From: an uncultured Chloroflexia bacterium
GTDB lineage: Bacteria; Chloroflexota; Limnocylindria; Limnocylindrales; CSP1-4
Assembly (NCBI GenBank): GCA_963734535.1
Contig: CAVTHS010000011.1
Location: 128,001 to 192,000, forward strand
DNA: 64,000 nucleotides
Reading direction: 5' to 3'
Part shown: positions 51,129 to 61,842 of the stretch, one piece after another
Numbering within the stretch: position 1 is the stretch's first letter
Layout of the letters: each line of letters begins with the position of its first letter
Made by a program: the position numbers and the translations under genes
Notes under the pieces: generated by a model
Told to the model about the DNA's origin: nothing
Seen by the model: the letters and a program-made list of their open reading frames with translations, nothing else
The model's database searches: none

Positions 51129-52107
51129 CAGAACGCCACGTATCCCCGTTCGGCCGGCTCGATCGGCTGGCCGTCCTCCACGAGCCGGGCGTCGCCGGCA
51201 GGCACGCGATCGGTCACCTCGCCGAGGACCGTCGGCCCCCGTCGACGTCGAGGGCGTCGCGAGCTCGGCGCCGGAGCCGCGGGTCGACGGTGAACAGCAG
51301 CTCGTAGTCCTCGCCGCCGCTGATCGCCAGCTCGCGGCTGCGGCGATCACCGAGCAGCTGGACTGCAGCAGGCGCGAGCGGCACCCGGTCGACGTCGATC
51401 TCGATGCCGACCCCGCTGGCGCGGGCAAGGTGAAGGGCCTCGCTGGCGAGGCCGTCGCTGATGTCGATCGCGCACCGGACCCCACGGGACGCGAGCACCT
51501 GCCCGGCCGCGAGCCGCGCGTGCGGCCGATGGTGCGCGACGAGGAGCGGCCCTGCGGCGGGATCCGTCGGGCCGGCGCCTTCCGAGAGCAGCGCAAGCGC
51601 TGCCGCCGACGCGCCGAGGACGCCCGTGACGCCGACGAGATCGCCCGCCCGCGCGGCGTCGCGGCGAAGGAGCCGGTACGGATCCGCCTCGCCGAAGAGG
51701 GCGACGTTGATCACGAGCGGACCGGGCGAGCGGACCGTGTCGCCGCCGACGATCCACGTGCCCGTCAGCGCGGCGAGGGATTGCAGCCCTCGGGCGACCT
51801 CGAGACCAGCTCCCGCCGGGCCGGGTCGATGGCGATCGAGACCAGCGCGCGGCCGGGCGTCGCGCCCATCGCGGCGAGGTCGGAGAGGTTGGCCGCAAGG
51901 GCCTTCCAGCCGAGATCCACGCGGGCTCGGTCCAGTCCAGCCGGAAGTGGATGCCCTCGACGAGCATGTCGGTCGTCGCCACGGCGATGGTGCCGTGGCC
52001 GCCGGCCACGTGGCCGCGTCGTCGCCGATCCCGAGGCCCTCGGGCGGCGTCCCGAACAGCGCGGCGAGCTCGGCGATGAGCGCGAACTCGCCCCGACCTT
52101 CGGTCAC
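51128..52107 (-). CDS. thiL: Thiamine-monophosphate kinase (frameshifts)
   Basis: GEFALI, GIGDDAA, TTDMLVEGIHF, NLSDLAAMG, VGGDT, DISDGL, GGEDYELLFT. Confidence 0.9.
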
Positions 52108-52806
52108 CTCGGCGCCCCGGCTGCGTCGGGCCGCGCCCGCCGGGCGATCGCGACGACCTCGAGCAGGTGCCGCGCCGCGGATGCAGGATCAGCAGCGCCG
52201 GCGATCGCGCCGATCACCGCCACGCACGTCGGCGCCGGCCCGGACGGCCGCGGCGGCATTCTCCGGGGTGATCCCGCCGATCGCGACGATGGGCACGGCT
52301 CCACAGCCGCACGAGCCGCCGGCGAGGAGCTCGAGCCCCGTGTGCTGCGCATCCGCCTTCGAGTCGGTCGGGAAGACCGCGCCAACCCCGAGGTAGTCGG
52401 CGTCGCGCACGTCGGGCATCTCGAGCTGCGCGGGATCGGTGATCGAGAGTCCGATCAGGGCGTCAGGCCCGAGGATCGCGCGGGCGACTGCGACCGGCAC
52501 GTCATCCTGGCCGAGGTGGACCCCGTCCGCGTCGGCCGCCAGGGCAAGGTCGAGCCGATCGTTGACGAGGAGGAGCGCTCCGTGCTCGCGCGTGGCGCTG
52601 CGGAGCGCCAGCGCGATCTCCAGGCCGCGTCGCGCGGTCCCCAGCTTCTCGCGGACCTGCACGACCCCGATCCCGGCCGCGATGGCCGCCGCCGCGATCT
52701 CCACCGACGTGCGCCCGCCGCTGAGCGCCTCCTCGGTCACGAGGTAGACGCCGGCGGCGCGGAGCCGTTCCCGGCGCTGCACGCGACGATCGCCGAGCCC
52801 GGTCAC
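52104..52806 (-). CDS. thiE: Thiamine-phosphate synthase (frameshift near 52225)
   Basis: VQVREK, VNDRLDLA, DGVHLGQDD, PTDSK, AIGGI. Confidence 0.92.
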
Positions 52807-53627
52807 GCCGGCATCATCGGTGTGATCATTGCCCGAGTCCGGGCGCGGATCACGTCGCCGTCAAGGCCGTAGACCGCGTCCATGAGGTGCTGGCGAAACG
52901 TGCCGGGACCGGCGCTTCGCTCCGCCGCGATCTCACCGGCGATCCCGAACGCGATCATCGCGGCCGTGGCGGCCAGGAACGCGTCGGGCTGGACGGCCCG
53001 GAAGGCGCCCACGAGGGCGGTCGCCATGCAGCCCGACCCCGTGATCGCCCCCATCAGCGGGTGGCCGTTTTCCACCCTGGCGGCGCGCGTCGCGTCGGCG
53101 ACGTGATCGATCGCGCCGCTGGCAACCGCGGCGCTGCCCGTCCGCCGGGCGACGATCCGGGCGGCCACATCCGGCGCGTCCGCGGAGATGGAGTCGACGC
53201 CCTGGATCTCCGCGGCAAGCCCGGCGATGGCCGACAGCTCGGCGGCATTGCCGCGAACCACGTCGACGTGGACCGCGGCGAGGATCGCCTCCACGGCATC
53301 GGTCCGCAGCGTGGTCGCGCCGACCCCCACCGGGTCCAGCACCACCGGCACGCCGCGCTCGTTCGCCTCGCTGCCGGCGGCGAGCATCGCCTCGATCCAG
53401 GCCGGCTCCAGCGTCCCGATATTGAGCACGAGGGCACCCGCGTGGCGGACCATCTCGCGGACCTCGCCGATCGCGTGGGCCATGACCGGCGAGGCACCGA
53501 TGTGGAGGGTGACATTGGCCGTGTCGTTCATGACCACGTAGTTGGTGATCTGGTGGATCAGCGGGTGGCGGTCCCGGATCTCGGCAAGGGCATCGGCCGT
53601 GACGGCCCCGAGGTCGAGCTCACGCAT
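52803..53627 (-). CDS. thiM: Hydroxyethylthiazole kinase
   Basis: HQITNYVVMNDTAN, LNIGTL, LDPVG, RGNAAE, TGSGC. Confidence 0.95.
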   Translation of the reverse strand: MRELDLGAVTADALAEIRDRHPLIHQITNYVVMNDTANVTLHIGASPVMAHAIGEVREMVRHAGALVLNIGTLEPAWIEAMLAAGSEANERGVPVVLDPVGVGATTLRTDAVEAILAAVHVDVVRGNAAELSAIAGLAAEIQGVDSISADAPDVAARIVARRTGSAAVASGAIDHVADATRAARVENGHPLMGAITGSGCMATALVGAFRAVQPDAFLAATAAMIAFGIAGEIAAERSAGPGTFRQHLMDAVYGLDGDVIRARTRAMITPMMPA

Positions 53628-54453
53628 CGCGGTATCTCCACAGGTGATTCACGGGGCCGCGGCCCGCCCCGAGCGGCTCGGCGTGCTCGATCGCGCCCTG
53701 CAGGAAGACCTTTGCGGCCCGGGCCGCGTCGAGCGGCGTCGCTCCGCGGGCAAGGCCGGCCGCGATCGCCGCCGAGAACGTGCAGCCGGTCCCGTGCGTG
53801 TGGGGCGTGTCGATGCGCGGACTCGAGAGCACCTCGAACGTGGTCCCGTCGAACGCGATGTCCTCGGAGCGTTCGCCGCCGAGGTGGCCGCCCTTGACGA
53901 TGACCAGGCGCGATCCGAGCGCGTGGATCCGGCGGGCGGCCTCGCGCGCCGTCCGCGCGTCCACGACGTCGAGGCCGGCGAGCACGGAGGCCTCCGGGGC
54001 GTTCGGCGTGACCACTGCGGCGATCGGAAGGAGCATGTCACGCAGCGCCGCGATCGCGTCCTCGCGCAGGAGCCGGTCGCCGCCCTTCGCGATCATCACC
54101 GGATCGACGACGAGCCGCGTTATGCCGTGGGCGCCAAGGCAGCCGGCCACCGCCTCGACGATCGCCGCGCTGAAGAGCATCCCGGTCTTGACCGCGTCTG
54201 CGCCGATGTCGGAGAGCACGGCGTCGATCTGGGCCGCCACGACGTCCGCCGGGACCTCGTGGATCATCCGAACGCCTGTCGTGTTCTGGGCGGTGATCGC
54301 GGTGACCGCCGAGGCGCCATACACCCCGAGCGCTGCGAACGTCTTGAGATCGGCCTGGATCCCGGCTCCCCCGCCCGAATCGGACCCGGCGATCGTGAGC
54401 GCGCGCGGCCGCGGACGGCCGATCACACTGATCGCCTCATTGGTGGACGCCAC
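53620..54453 (-). CDS. thiD: HMP/HMP-P kinase
   Basis: [40 protein letters not shown]. Confidence 0.96.
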   Translation of the reverse strand: MASTNEAISVIGRPRPRALTIAGSDSGGGAGIQADLKTFAALGVYGASAVTAITAQNTTGVRMIHEVPADVVAAQIDAVLSDIGADAVKTGMLFSAAIVEAVAGCLGAHGITRLVVDPVMIAKGGDRLLREDAIAALRDMLLPIAAVVTPNAPEASVLAGLDVVDARTAREAARRIHALGSRLVIVKGGHLGGERSEDIAFDGTTFEVLSSPRIDTPHTHGTGCTFSAAIAAGLARGATPLDAARAAKVFLQGAIEHAEPLGAGRGPVNHLWRYRDA

Positions 54454-54523
54454 GGGATCCTGCGCCTCCTGACAATCGAGATGCCGTCCGTCGAGGAACG
54501 GGACGGCATCGAGTCAGGTGAGG

Positions 54524-54612
54524 CCTGCTTCCTTCGCTGGTACGAGCCAGATCAGGTTCGGCGGGTCTGTGGCTGGTGCCACACTCTCAGCGCTGTGCGC
54601 TCCCCGGAGGCG
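54524..54612 (-). ncRNA. TPP riboswitch aptamer
   Basis: Minus strand GGGGAGC...GCTGAGAG...ACCC...GAACCTGATCTGGCTCGTACCAGCGAAGGAA upstream of thiD; -10 TATACT at 54631-54636. Confidence 0.95.
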
Positions 54613-54743
54613 ATCTTCAGTTCGGTCGGCAGTATACGGGATGGCCGGATCGCGGCGGCGGGTGGCCCAGGGCGTGCAGAACGGCGCGAGGGCGTTCGCG
54701 ACGCGTCGGGGCTATCCTCCGGTGAGTGTCATCCTCCTCTGCG

Positions 54744-54883
54744 TCTCACGGTCTGGCTCGTATGCTCCCTGCCCACCCAGTGGGTGTGGCTTCCATGCGT
54801 TTTGCCGGCCGTGAGACTCGGTGGACCGGCCGGCGTGACTTGATAGGAGCGTGGCTTCGCCCCGACTCAGGTGTGTCCGCCGA
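54744..54883 (+). ncRNA. Bridge-RNA-like element with target-binding and donor-binding loops
   Basis: Stem 54744-54757/54804-54816 encloses guides TATGCTCC and CATGCGTT around hairpin CACCC/GGGTG; stem 54818-54826/54875-54883 encloses guides ATAGGAGCG and ACTCA. Confidence 0.8.
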
Positions 54884-54922
54884 CCGGCCCGGTGTCACCT
54901 CGGATGAGGAGGAGACGCAGAC

Positions 54923-55969
54923 ATGGTCGTCCTGGGCGCGGATCTGCACAAGCGGAGTCACACCGTCGTCGTGATCGATGCAACGGGTCGCCAGCTGGCC
55001 GAGAAGACGATCGCCGCGACGGACGCGGGCCACCTCGAGCTCCGCCGCTGGGCGGCGCGATGGCCCGAGCGGCGTGGGCCTCGAGGACTGCCGCCACCTG
55101 TCGCGCCGGCTCGATGCCGAACTCGTCCGGGCCGGTGAGTCGGTCGTCCGGGTCTCGCCCAAGCTGATGGCCGGCGCCCGCCGCTCCGGACGAGAGCCCG
55201 GCAAGAGCGATCCGATCGACGCCCTCGCGGTCGCCCGCGCCGTCCTGCGCGAGCCCAACCTGCCCGTCGCCTCGCTCGACGGCCCCGACCGCGAGGTGCG
55301 TCTCCTCGTCGACCATCGCGAGGATCTCGTCGGCGAGCGGACCCGCCACGAGCAGCGCCTGCGCTGGTTCCTCGTCGAGCTGGCCGTCGCCGAGCCCGCG
55401 CCCCGCTCACTCGGTCGGGCGGTCGTCCAGGCCGCGCTCACGGCGGCGCTCGCCGGTCGCACCGAGCCGGTGGCCCGCTTCGCCCGTGATCTGCTCGCCC
55501 GGATCGTCGAGCTGAGCGCCGCCATCCGCACCCTCGAGCACGAGATCGAGAGCCTGGTCCGAGTCGCGGCGCCGAGACTCCTGGCCTTGCCCGGCTGCGG
55601 CGCCCTGACAGCGGCCAAGATCATCGGCGAGACGGCCGGGATCAGCCGCTTCCGGTCCAAGGAGGCCTTCGCCCGGCACAACGGCACCGCGCCCAGTCCC
55701 GGTCTGGTCGGGCAACGTCGTCCGCCACCGCCTCAACCGGCGGCGGCAACCGCCAGCTCAACGTCGCCCTCCACCGGATCGCCATCACCCAGATCCGGCT
55801 CGCCGGTCCGGGCAAGGCGTATCTCGAACATCGACACGCCTCGGGTGACACCCGGACCGAAGCCATCCGCGCCCTTCGCCGACGGCTCAGCGACGAGGTC
55901 TTCCGCCGCCTGCGAGCCGATGAGGCTCTCCGGGCGACCGAGCGGGCCCCGCTCGCGACAGCCGCTTGA
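54923..55969 (+). CDS. IS110 transposase/recombinase (frameshifts near 55075, 55695 and 55740)
   Basis: GADLHK, LED, KSDPIDA (DEDD); LPGCG; TAP..VWSG (catalytic Ser); GNRQLNVALH; ALRRRLSD. Confidence 0.92.
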
Positions 55970-55983
55970 CATAGGAGCAACGC

Positions 55984-56472
55984 ATGTCGCAGATGCCAGC
56001 CGCCGGCGATCCGGCTCCCGCGATCGCCCTCCCCGACGAATCGGGCACGCTCCATCGCCTCGCCGACCGAGCCGGCGCCTGGACGGTTGTCTACTTCTAC
56101 CCGGAGGACGACACGCCGGGCTGCACGACCGAGGCCTGCGAGTTCCGCGACAGCTTCGCGAGCCTGCGCGCCGACGGCGCCGAGGTCTGGGGGATCAGCC
56201 CCGACGATGCCGGCAGCCACGCGAAGTTCCGGGCCAAGTTCGAGCTTCCGTTCACGCTCCTCTCCGACGAGGGCGCGGCGGTGACCAGCGCGTACGGCGC
56301 GTGGGCCGAGCGGACGAAGGACGGCCGGACGACGATGCGGACCATCAGGTCGACGTTCCTCGTCGGCCCCGACGGACGGATCGCGCACGCCTGGCCGGCC
56401 GTCAAGCCGGAGGGCCACGCCGCCGACGTCCGCGCGGTCCTGGCGGCCGCGAAGGCACGGGCGGGACGCTGA
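55984..56472 (+). CDS. bcp: Peroxiredoxin, BCP/PrxQ type
   Basis: YFYPEDDTPGCTTEACEFRD; GISPD; RSTFLV. Confidence 0.93.
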   Translation: MSQMPAAGDPAPAIALPDESGTLHRLADRAGAWTVVYFYPEDDTPGCTTEACEFRDSFASLRADGAEVWGISPDDAGSHAKFRAKFELPFTLLSDEGAAVTSAYGAWAERTKDGRTTMRTIRSTFLVGPDGRIAHAWPAVKPEGHAADVRAVLAAAKARAGR

Positions 56473-56555
56473 TCCCCGGTGAAGAAGACTCCAGCGTGCC
56501 CGCGGGCGACGACGTGCCGTCGCCGCGTCCCGTCCGCGGCCGCCTGCGCCGGGCG

Positions 56556-57348
56556 ATGACGCCCGAGCAGCCGGCCGAAGGGGCCGTCGTCGCGCCGCAC
56601 GTCTGGCGAGCCGCCCGGTTCATGGTGATCGTGGCGCACCCGGACGATGCGGACTTCGGCCCGGCCGCGACGGCGTCCCGCTGGATCGACGCCGGCTCCG
56701 TGGGCCGGCTCGTCTGCTGCACGAGCGGCGACCAGGGCGGCGAGGATACCGAGATCGACCCGCTCGAGCTCGCGGCCACGCGCGAGGCGGAGCAGCGCCT
56801 GGCGGCTGCCGTCGTCGGCTATGACGAGGTTCGCTTCCTCCACCAGCCCGACGGGGCCCTCGCCAACAAGCTGCCGCTTCGCGAGCTGCTGGTGCGCGAG
56901 ATCCGCGACTTCCGGCCGGACGCGGTGTTCACGCACGATCCGGAGGTCCTGTTCTACCAGGGGAGCGGTGTCAACCACACGGACCACCGAGCGGCCGGGA
57001 TCGCGGCCGTCGACGCGGTCTACCCGGCCGCCCGCAACCCGATGGCGTTCCCGAGCCTGGCCCGGGCCGGGTTCGCGCCCCACAAGGTCCGCCGGCTCTA
57101 CCTGTTCTGGCCGGGCGCGCGCCACGGCGTGGGTCGACGTCGGCGCGGCGATCGAGCGCAAGATCGACGCGCTGCGCTGCCACGCAAGCCAGCTCAGCGT
57201 CGACGCCGCGTTCGACCAGCGGATGCGAGACTGGGCTGCCGAGGAGGGCGGCGCGATCGGCGTCGCGTCGGCGGAGGCGTTCCGCCTGGTCGTCATCGAC
57301 GACGACGAGGAGCCCGCCGAGCCCATTGGACCGGAGCCCGCCGAGTAA
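56556..57348 (+). CDS. PIG-L/LmbE family deacetylase (frameshift near 57120)
   Basis: AHPDD, TSGDQG, REAEQ, NHTDH, KIDALRCHASQ, AEAF. Confidence 0.88.
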
Positions 57349-57399
57349 CCCGCCGACCCGGCCGAAGAGCCCGACGACCGGGCACTGCGTCGCCGCGCT

Positions 57400-58846
57400 T
57401 CAGGGCACCTCGAGGAGAAGCGGTCGCACGCGACCCCACGCGTTCCAGAGCTCGGCGAGCGGCTCTGCCCGACGCCCCAGCAGATCCACCATCTCGCCCA
57501 TCGTCAGCCCACCGGCGGACTCCGCGAGGTGGCGTCCCGCTTCGACGCGCACGTCGCGGAACAGCTCCGGCATCTGCGCCTCGCTCGGCCAGCGACGGAT
57601 CCGCATCGGGTCCTCGCCCGCGTAGCCGAGCGCGAGCGAGAGGTCGCGCTGGCTGGGCGTCCGTCCGTCGGCGATGCCGCCCATGCCGTCGAAGCGATAG
57701 CCGAGCGCGGCCATGGCCGAGGCGATCTCGCGGCACTGGGTCTGCGTGTAGGGTCCCCAGAAGACGTGGTCGGTCGGGAACGTCAGCGCCGACGCGTCGA
57801 TCGCTCGCGCCACGACCGCGTCGACGAGATCGGAGAGGAGGAGCTGCCATCGGCGCTGCTCGTCCGGGTCGCTGCCCCCGAGGCGTTCCACGATCGAACG
57901 CATGGTCGCGCGGTCGCCCCGGAGGAGTCGCAGGATCGCGATGTCCTCTCCGGGGGCCGCGGGCAGGCCCGCCATCCCGGCGTCCTCCGAGGCCAGCCGG
58001 CGCGGGGCCGCAGGAGTGACCGGCGCGGGTGGGGCAGACCCGAGGCGCTCCGCCTCCTCGCACTTGCGAGCGCCGTGAGCGCGGCCCGGCTTTCGTCGGC
58101 CGCGTGCTCGCTTCCGATCCGGGCGACGTCCGCGTCGAGGCCCGCCTTCTCGACGGCGCGGAGCAGTTCCGCCTCCACGCTGGCTTCGCGCGACATCACG
58201 AGCGCCGCCTCGCGGGTCCGTGCGTTGATCCGGTTGATCTCGCGGAGCCAGGCAGCGGCGGCCGCCTCGACGGCCGCCCGGTCCTGTGCTGCGAGCCGGC
58301 TCCGGCGGAACTGCGCCTGGGCCTCGTCCTTCGCGGCGCGAATCGTCCGCGGATCGACCGTCGACGCCGCGCGCTCGCGGCGTCCCGCGTGCTCGTCGTA
58401 GGCGCGTCGCGCCTCGCGCAGTCGCGCGAGCGCTGCCTCGGCGACGGCGCCATCCGGTCCGCGTGCGCGTTCGCCTCGTCGACGGCCGCGCGCTGCGCCG
58501 CGCACGGGTCCACTGCCTCGGCCTGGGCCGCGCCGGGCCCACGCCCGAGGGCCGCCGCACGCATCGGATCCCGGGCCGCCCGCGCCTCCACCCCCGACCG
58601 CCCCGAACGGACGTTCTCGCTCGCGGCCCGTGAGGCCACGACATCGTCCTGCCCTCGCGCCATCTCGAAGGCCAGGAGCGGCGTTGCCAGCGTCGCGGCG
58701 CGACCCCCGGAGGGGCCCGTGGAGATCGTCAGGCGAACCTCGCGCCTGGCCGCCGGGCGTGCCCGGATGATCTCGATGAGGGCGCCACCGGCGAGCACGC
58801 CGAGTGCGAGGCCACCGGCCAGGAAGACGAACTCGCTGGGACTCAC
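57400..58846 (-). CDS. Hypothetical protein: N-terminal TM, coiled coil, globular C-terminal domain (frameshifts)
   Basis: SD AGGA and GTG start; pieces in ORFs 58196..59221, 57783..58928 and 57400..58644. Confidence 0.6.
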
Positions 58847-58912
58847 GGGACGTTCCTCGGACTGATCCTTGTGGTCGGCGTGACGATCGACGAGGGACGC
58901 GTCTGCGGGTCG

Positions 58913-58941
58913 AGGGTAGCTGCGCCACGTCGGCGCGTCAA
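58913..58941 (-). promoter_or_regulatory. sigma70-type promoter for the 57400-58846 gene
   Basis: TTGACG-N17-TACCCT. Confidence 0.6.
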
Positions 58942-59283
58942 TCCGAGCAGGCGCCCGTGCCGAGCCGGCCGAGGCGCCTGCCAGCCTGGAGGAGGCGAAC
59001 ACCGCAGACCGGGCGCGCCGGCGAGGCGCGGCACGACGCGCAACGGCGCGTCGCGGCCGACGGGAGGGGGCGAAGCACCCGCAGGACCGGGCACGCCCGG
59101 CGCAGTCGCATGGCCGTCGGAGCGTGGGCCGCCGCACTGCCACGTGGTCCGTGCGTGCGCTCGGGCCCGTCGTCGTGTAGATTCCGGCCCGTCGATCCCC
59201 CCGGCGTCGGCCGGCGCGCACGCCGCGCCGCTTCCGCGCACTCGAGCTCCGGCAGCCGCAGGTACGAACGAGGCGACCGCATC

Positions 59284-61118
59284 GTGGCCATCGACCCCAA
59301 CCAGGAGTTCCTCGTCCAGCCGGTGGACGCGTCGTGGCTCCAGTGCAACATCGAGTGCCAGGAAGCCTGCCCGGTCGGGACGAACTGCCGCGGCTACCTC
59401 AACCTGGCCGCAGAGGGCCGGTTCGAGGAGGGCTACCTCCTCTCGCGCGAGCCGAACCCGGTTGCGGCCATGTGCGCCTACGTCTGCTCGGCACCCTGCG
59501 AGCGCGCATGCCGACGCGGGGACATCGATCGGCCGCTGGCGATCCGGGCGATGAAGCGCTTCCTCGTCGAGTGGCACGAGGCGTCGGGCATCCCGGACGT
59601 CATCCCGCCGATCACGCCGCGCGACGAGCGCGTCGCCGTGGTCGGCGCCGGGCCGGCGGGCATCGCGGTCGCCCGCGAGCTCGCGGTGAAGGGCTACCGG
59701 GTGACCGTCTTCGACAGCCTGCCCTTCGCCGGCGGCACGATGCTGATCGGCGTCCCAGCCTTCCGCCTGCCGCGCGAAGCGATCGAGATGGACGTCCGGC
59801 TCGTGGAGCGCCTCGGGGTCACCTTCCGCTACAACACGAAGATCGGGCCGGACATCAGCTTCGAGACGCTGCAGCGCGACTTCGACGGGGTCGCGATGTG
59901 CGCCGGCGCGATGGACCCCGTGGGCTGGACGTCCCTGGCGCCGAGCTGGCCGGCCTTCAGTACGGCGTCGACTTCATGCGCAAGGCCAACCTCGGCGAGC
60001 CGCTCGAGGTGGGCCGCAACGTCGTCGTCGTCGGCGGCGGCTACACGGCCATGGACTGCTCCCGGACGAGCCTCCGGCACGGCGCCGAGAACGTGACGAT
60101 CGCCTACCGCCGGACGCGCTCCGAGCTGGTCGTCGACGAGGAGGAGCTGGGCGAGACGGAGCGCGAAGGCGTCCGGATGGAGTTCCTGGTCAGCCCGATC
60201 GAGCTGGTGGGCGAGGACGGGAAGCTCACGGGCGTGCGGTTCATCCGCAACAAGCTCGGCGAGCCCGACGCCTCCGGTCGGCGGTCGCCGGTTCCGATCC
60301 CGGGCTCCGAGTTCGTGGTGCCCGCGGACACGGTCATCCCGGCGGTCTCGCAGGCGGCCGACCTCACCTTCCTGCCCGTGGAGGCGACGTTCGAGGTCGC
60401 CCGCGGTCGCCTCAAGGTGGACCCGGCGACCTACGCGACGAACGTCCGCGGCGTCTTCGCCGCGGGTGACTTCGTGACCGGTCCGGCAACCCTCATCGAG
60501 GCCGCCGGCCACGGCAAGAAGTGCGCCTACGCCATCGACCGCTACCTGGCCGGGCACGTCGACGTCTCGGTGGCCGCCAACGTCAAGATCACGTCGTCGT
60601 GGCGCCACGACATGCCCGAGTACTACGACGTCCTCCCGCGTCAGCACATCCCCATGCTGCCCGTCGAGGCGCGGATGGCGTCGCGCGAGCCGGAGGTCAA
60701 CTTCACGACCGGGGTCGAGCTCGGCTACAGCGCCACGCACGCCGTCGCGGATTCCACCCGCTGCCTGATGTGCAACTACAACATCTGGTTCGATCCCTTC
60801 CGGTGCGTCCTGTGCGGAGCCTGCGCGGACGTCTGCCCGGAGGGCGTGATCCACATGATCGACGTGAACCAGATGAAGTCGGAGGGGTTCCTGCCGGAGC
60901 TCGAGGAGGCGTACGGCTGGGACGAGGGCGCCGCCATGATCCTCGACGAGGAGCGCTGTATCCGCTGCGCGTTGTGTGTCAAGCGTTGCCCGTTCGACGC
61001 CATTACGATGGAGCGGTTCGAGCTCCAGGAGATATCGACCGACGGTCGGCTCTACAAGGAGTCGTACCGGGACGCGCAGCTTGCCGGCACGGCCGGCGTC
61101 GCAGGAGGGGCCAGGTGA
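59284..61118 (+). CDS. GltD/SudA(NfnB)-like FAD/NAD(P)H oxidoreductase with extra C-terminal 2x[4Fe-4S] ferredoxin (frameshift near 59925)
   Basis: CQEACP, CAYVCSAPCERAC, VGAGPAG, VGGGYTAMD, YRRTR, FAAGD, CVLCGACADVCP, CIRCALCVKRCP. Confidence 0.88.
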
Positions 61119-61842
61119 GTTTCCTGGAGCGGGTGGATCAGTCGATCCGGCGGAGCCCCGTCTTCCGGTCCATCTTCCGCAACCCGTACCCCAACGACGA
61201 GCGGTCGCGGGCGTACGCGGTGATGAACAACGTATTCCTGCACCTGCACCCGGTCCGCGTCCGCCAGCACGCGGTCAAGTTCGCCTACACGTTCTGCCTG
61301 GGCGGGCTGTCGTTCTTCCTGTTCCTCGTGCTGACCGTCACCGGCGTCTACCTGATGTTCTTCTACGCCCCGTCGGCGACGCAGGCGTACTCGGACATCC
61401 TGCGGATCCAGTCCGAGGTGCCGTTCGGGCTCCTGACGCGGAACGTCCACCGGTGGGCCGCCCACCTGATGGTCTTCTTCGTCTTCCTGCACATGATGCG
61501 GGTCTTCTACCACGGGGCCTACAAGCCGCCACGCGAGTTCAACTGGGTCGTCGGGGTCGTCCTGCTGTTCCTGACCATCTTGCTGAGCTTCACCGGCTAC
61601 CTGCTGCCGTGGGACCAGATCGCCTACTGGGCCATCACGATCGGCGGGAACATGGCCGGCTACGCGCCGCTCTTCAACACGCCGTCGAAGGTCCTGCTGC
61701 TCGCCGGACTGGAGGTCAGCGGCAACACGCTGCTCCGGTTCTACGTGCTCCACATCATGGTCTTCCCGCTCGTCGCGGCGGTGTTCCTGGCGGTCCACTT
61801 CTGGCGGATCCGCAAGGACGGCGGGATAGCGGACCGCTATGA
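61115..61842 (+). CDS. Cytochrome b6-type N-terminal subunit of a Rieske/cytb complex
   Basis: FCLGG, HRWAAH...LH, TGYLLPWDQ, RFYVLH...VH; C-terminal GGISGPL* restored by a 1-base fix. Confidence 0.9.

Larger units (their letters stand above)
54721..55978 (+). mobile_element. IS110-family insertion sequence (about 1258 bp; no terminal inverted repeats; one shared C at the junctions)
   Basis: DEDD transposase; ends defined by guide matches in the left non-coding end; right end TTGACATAGGAGC. Confidence 0.85.

Noticed and set aside
54747-54766. Alternative IS110 left end at CA 54747-54748 with TATGCT as the junction -10
   Set aside because: It gives a 20-bp promoter spacer, cuts the target-loop stem and loses the guide matches obtained with the 54721 boundary.
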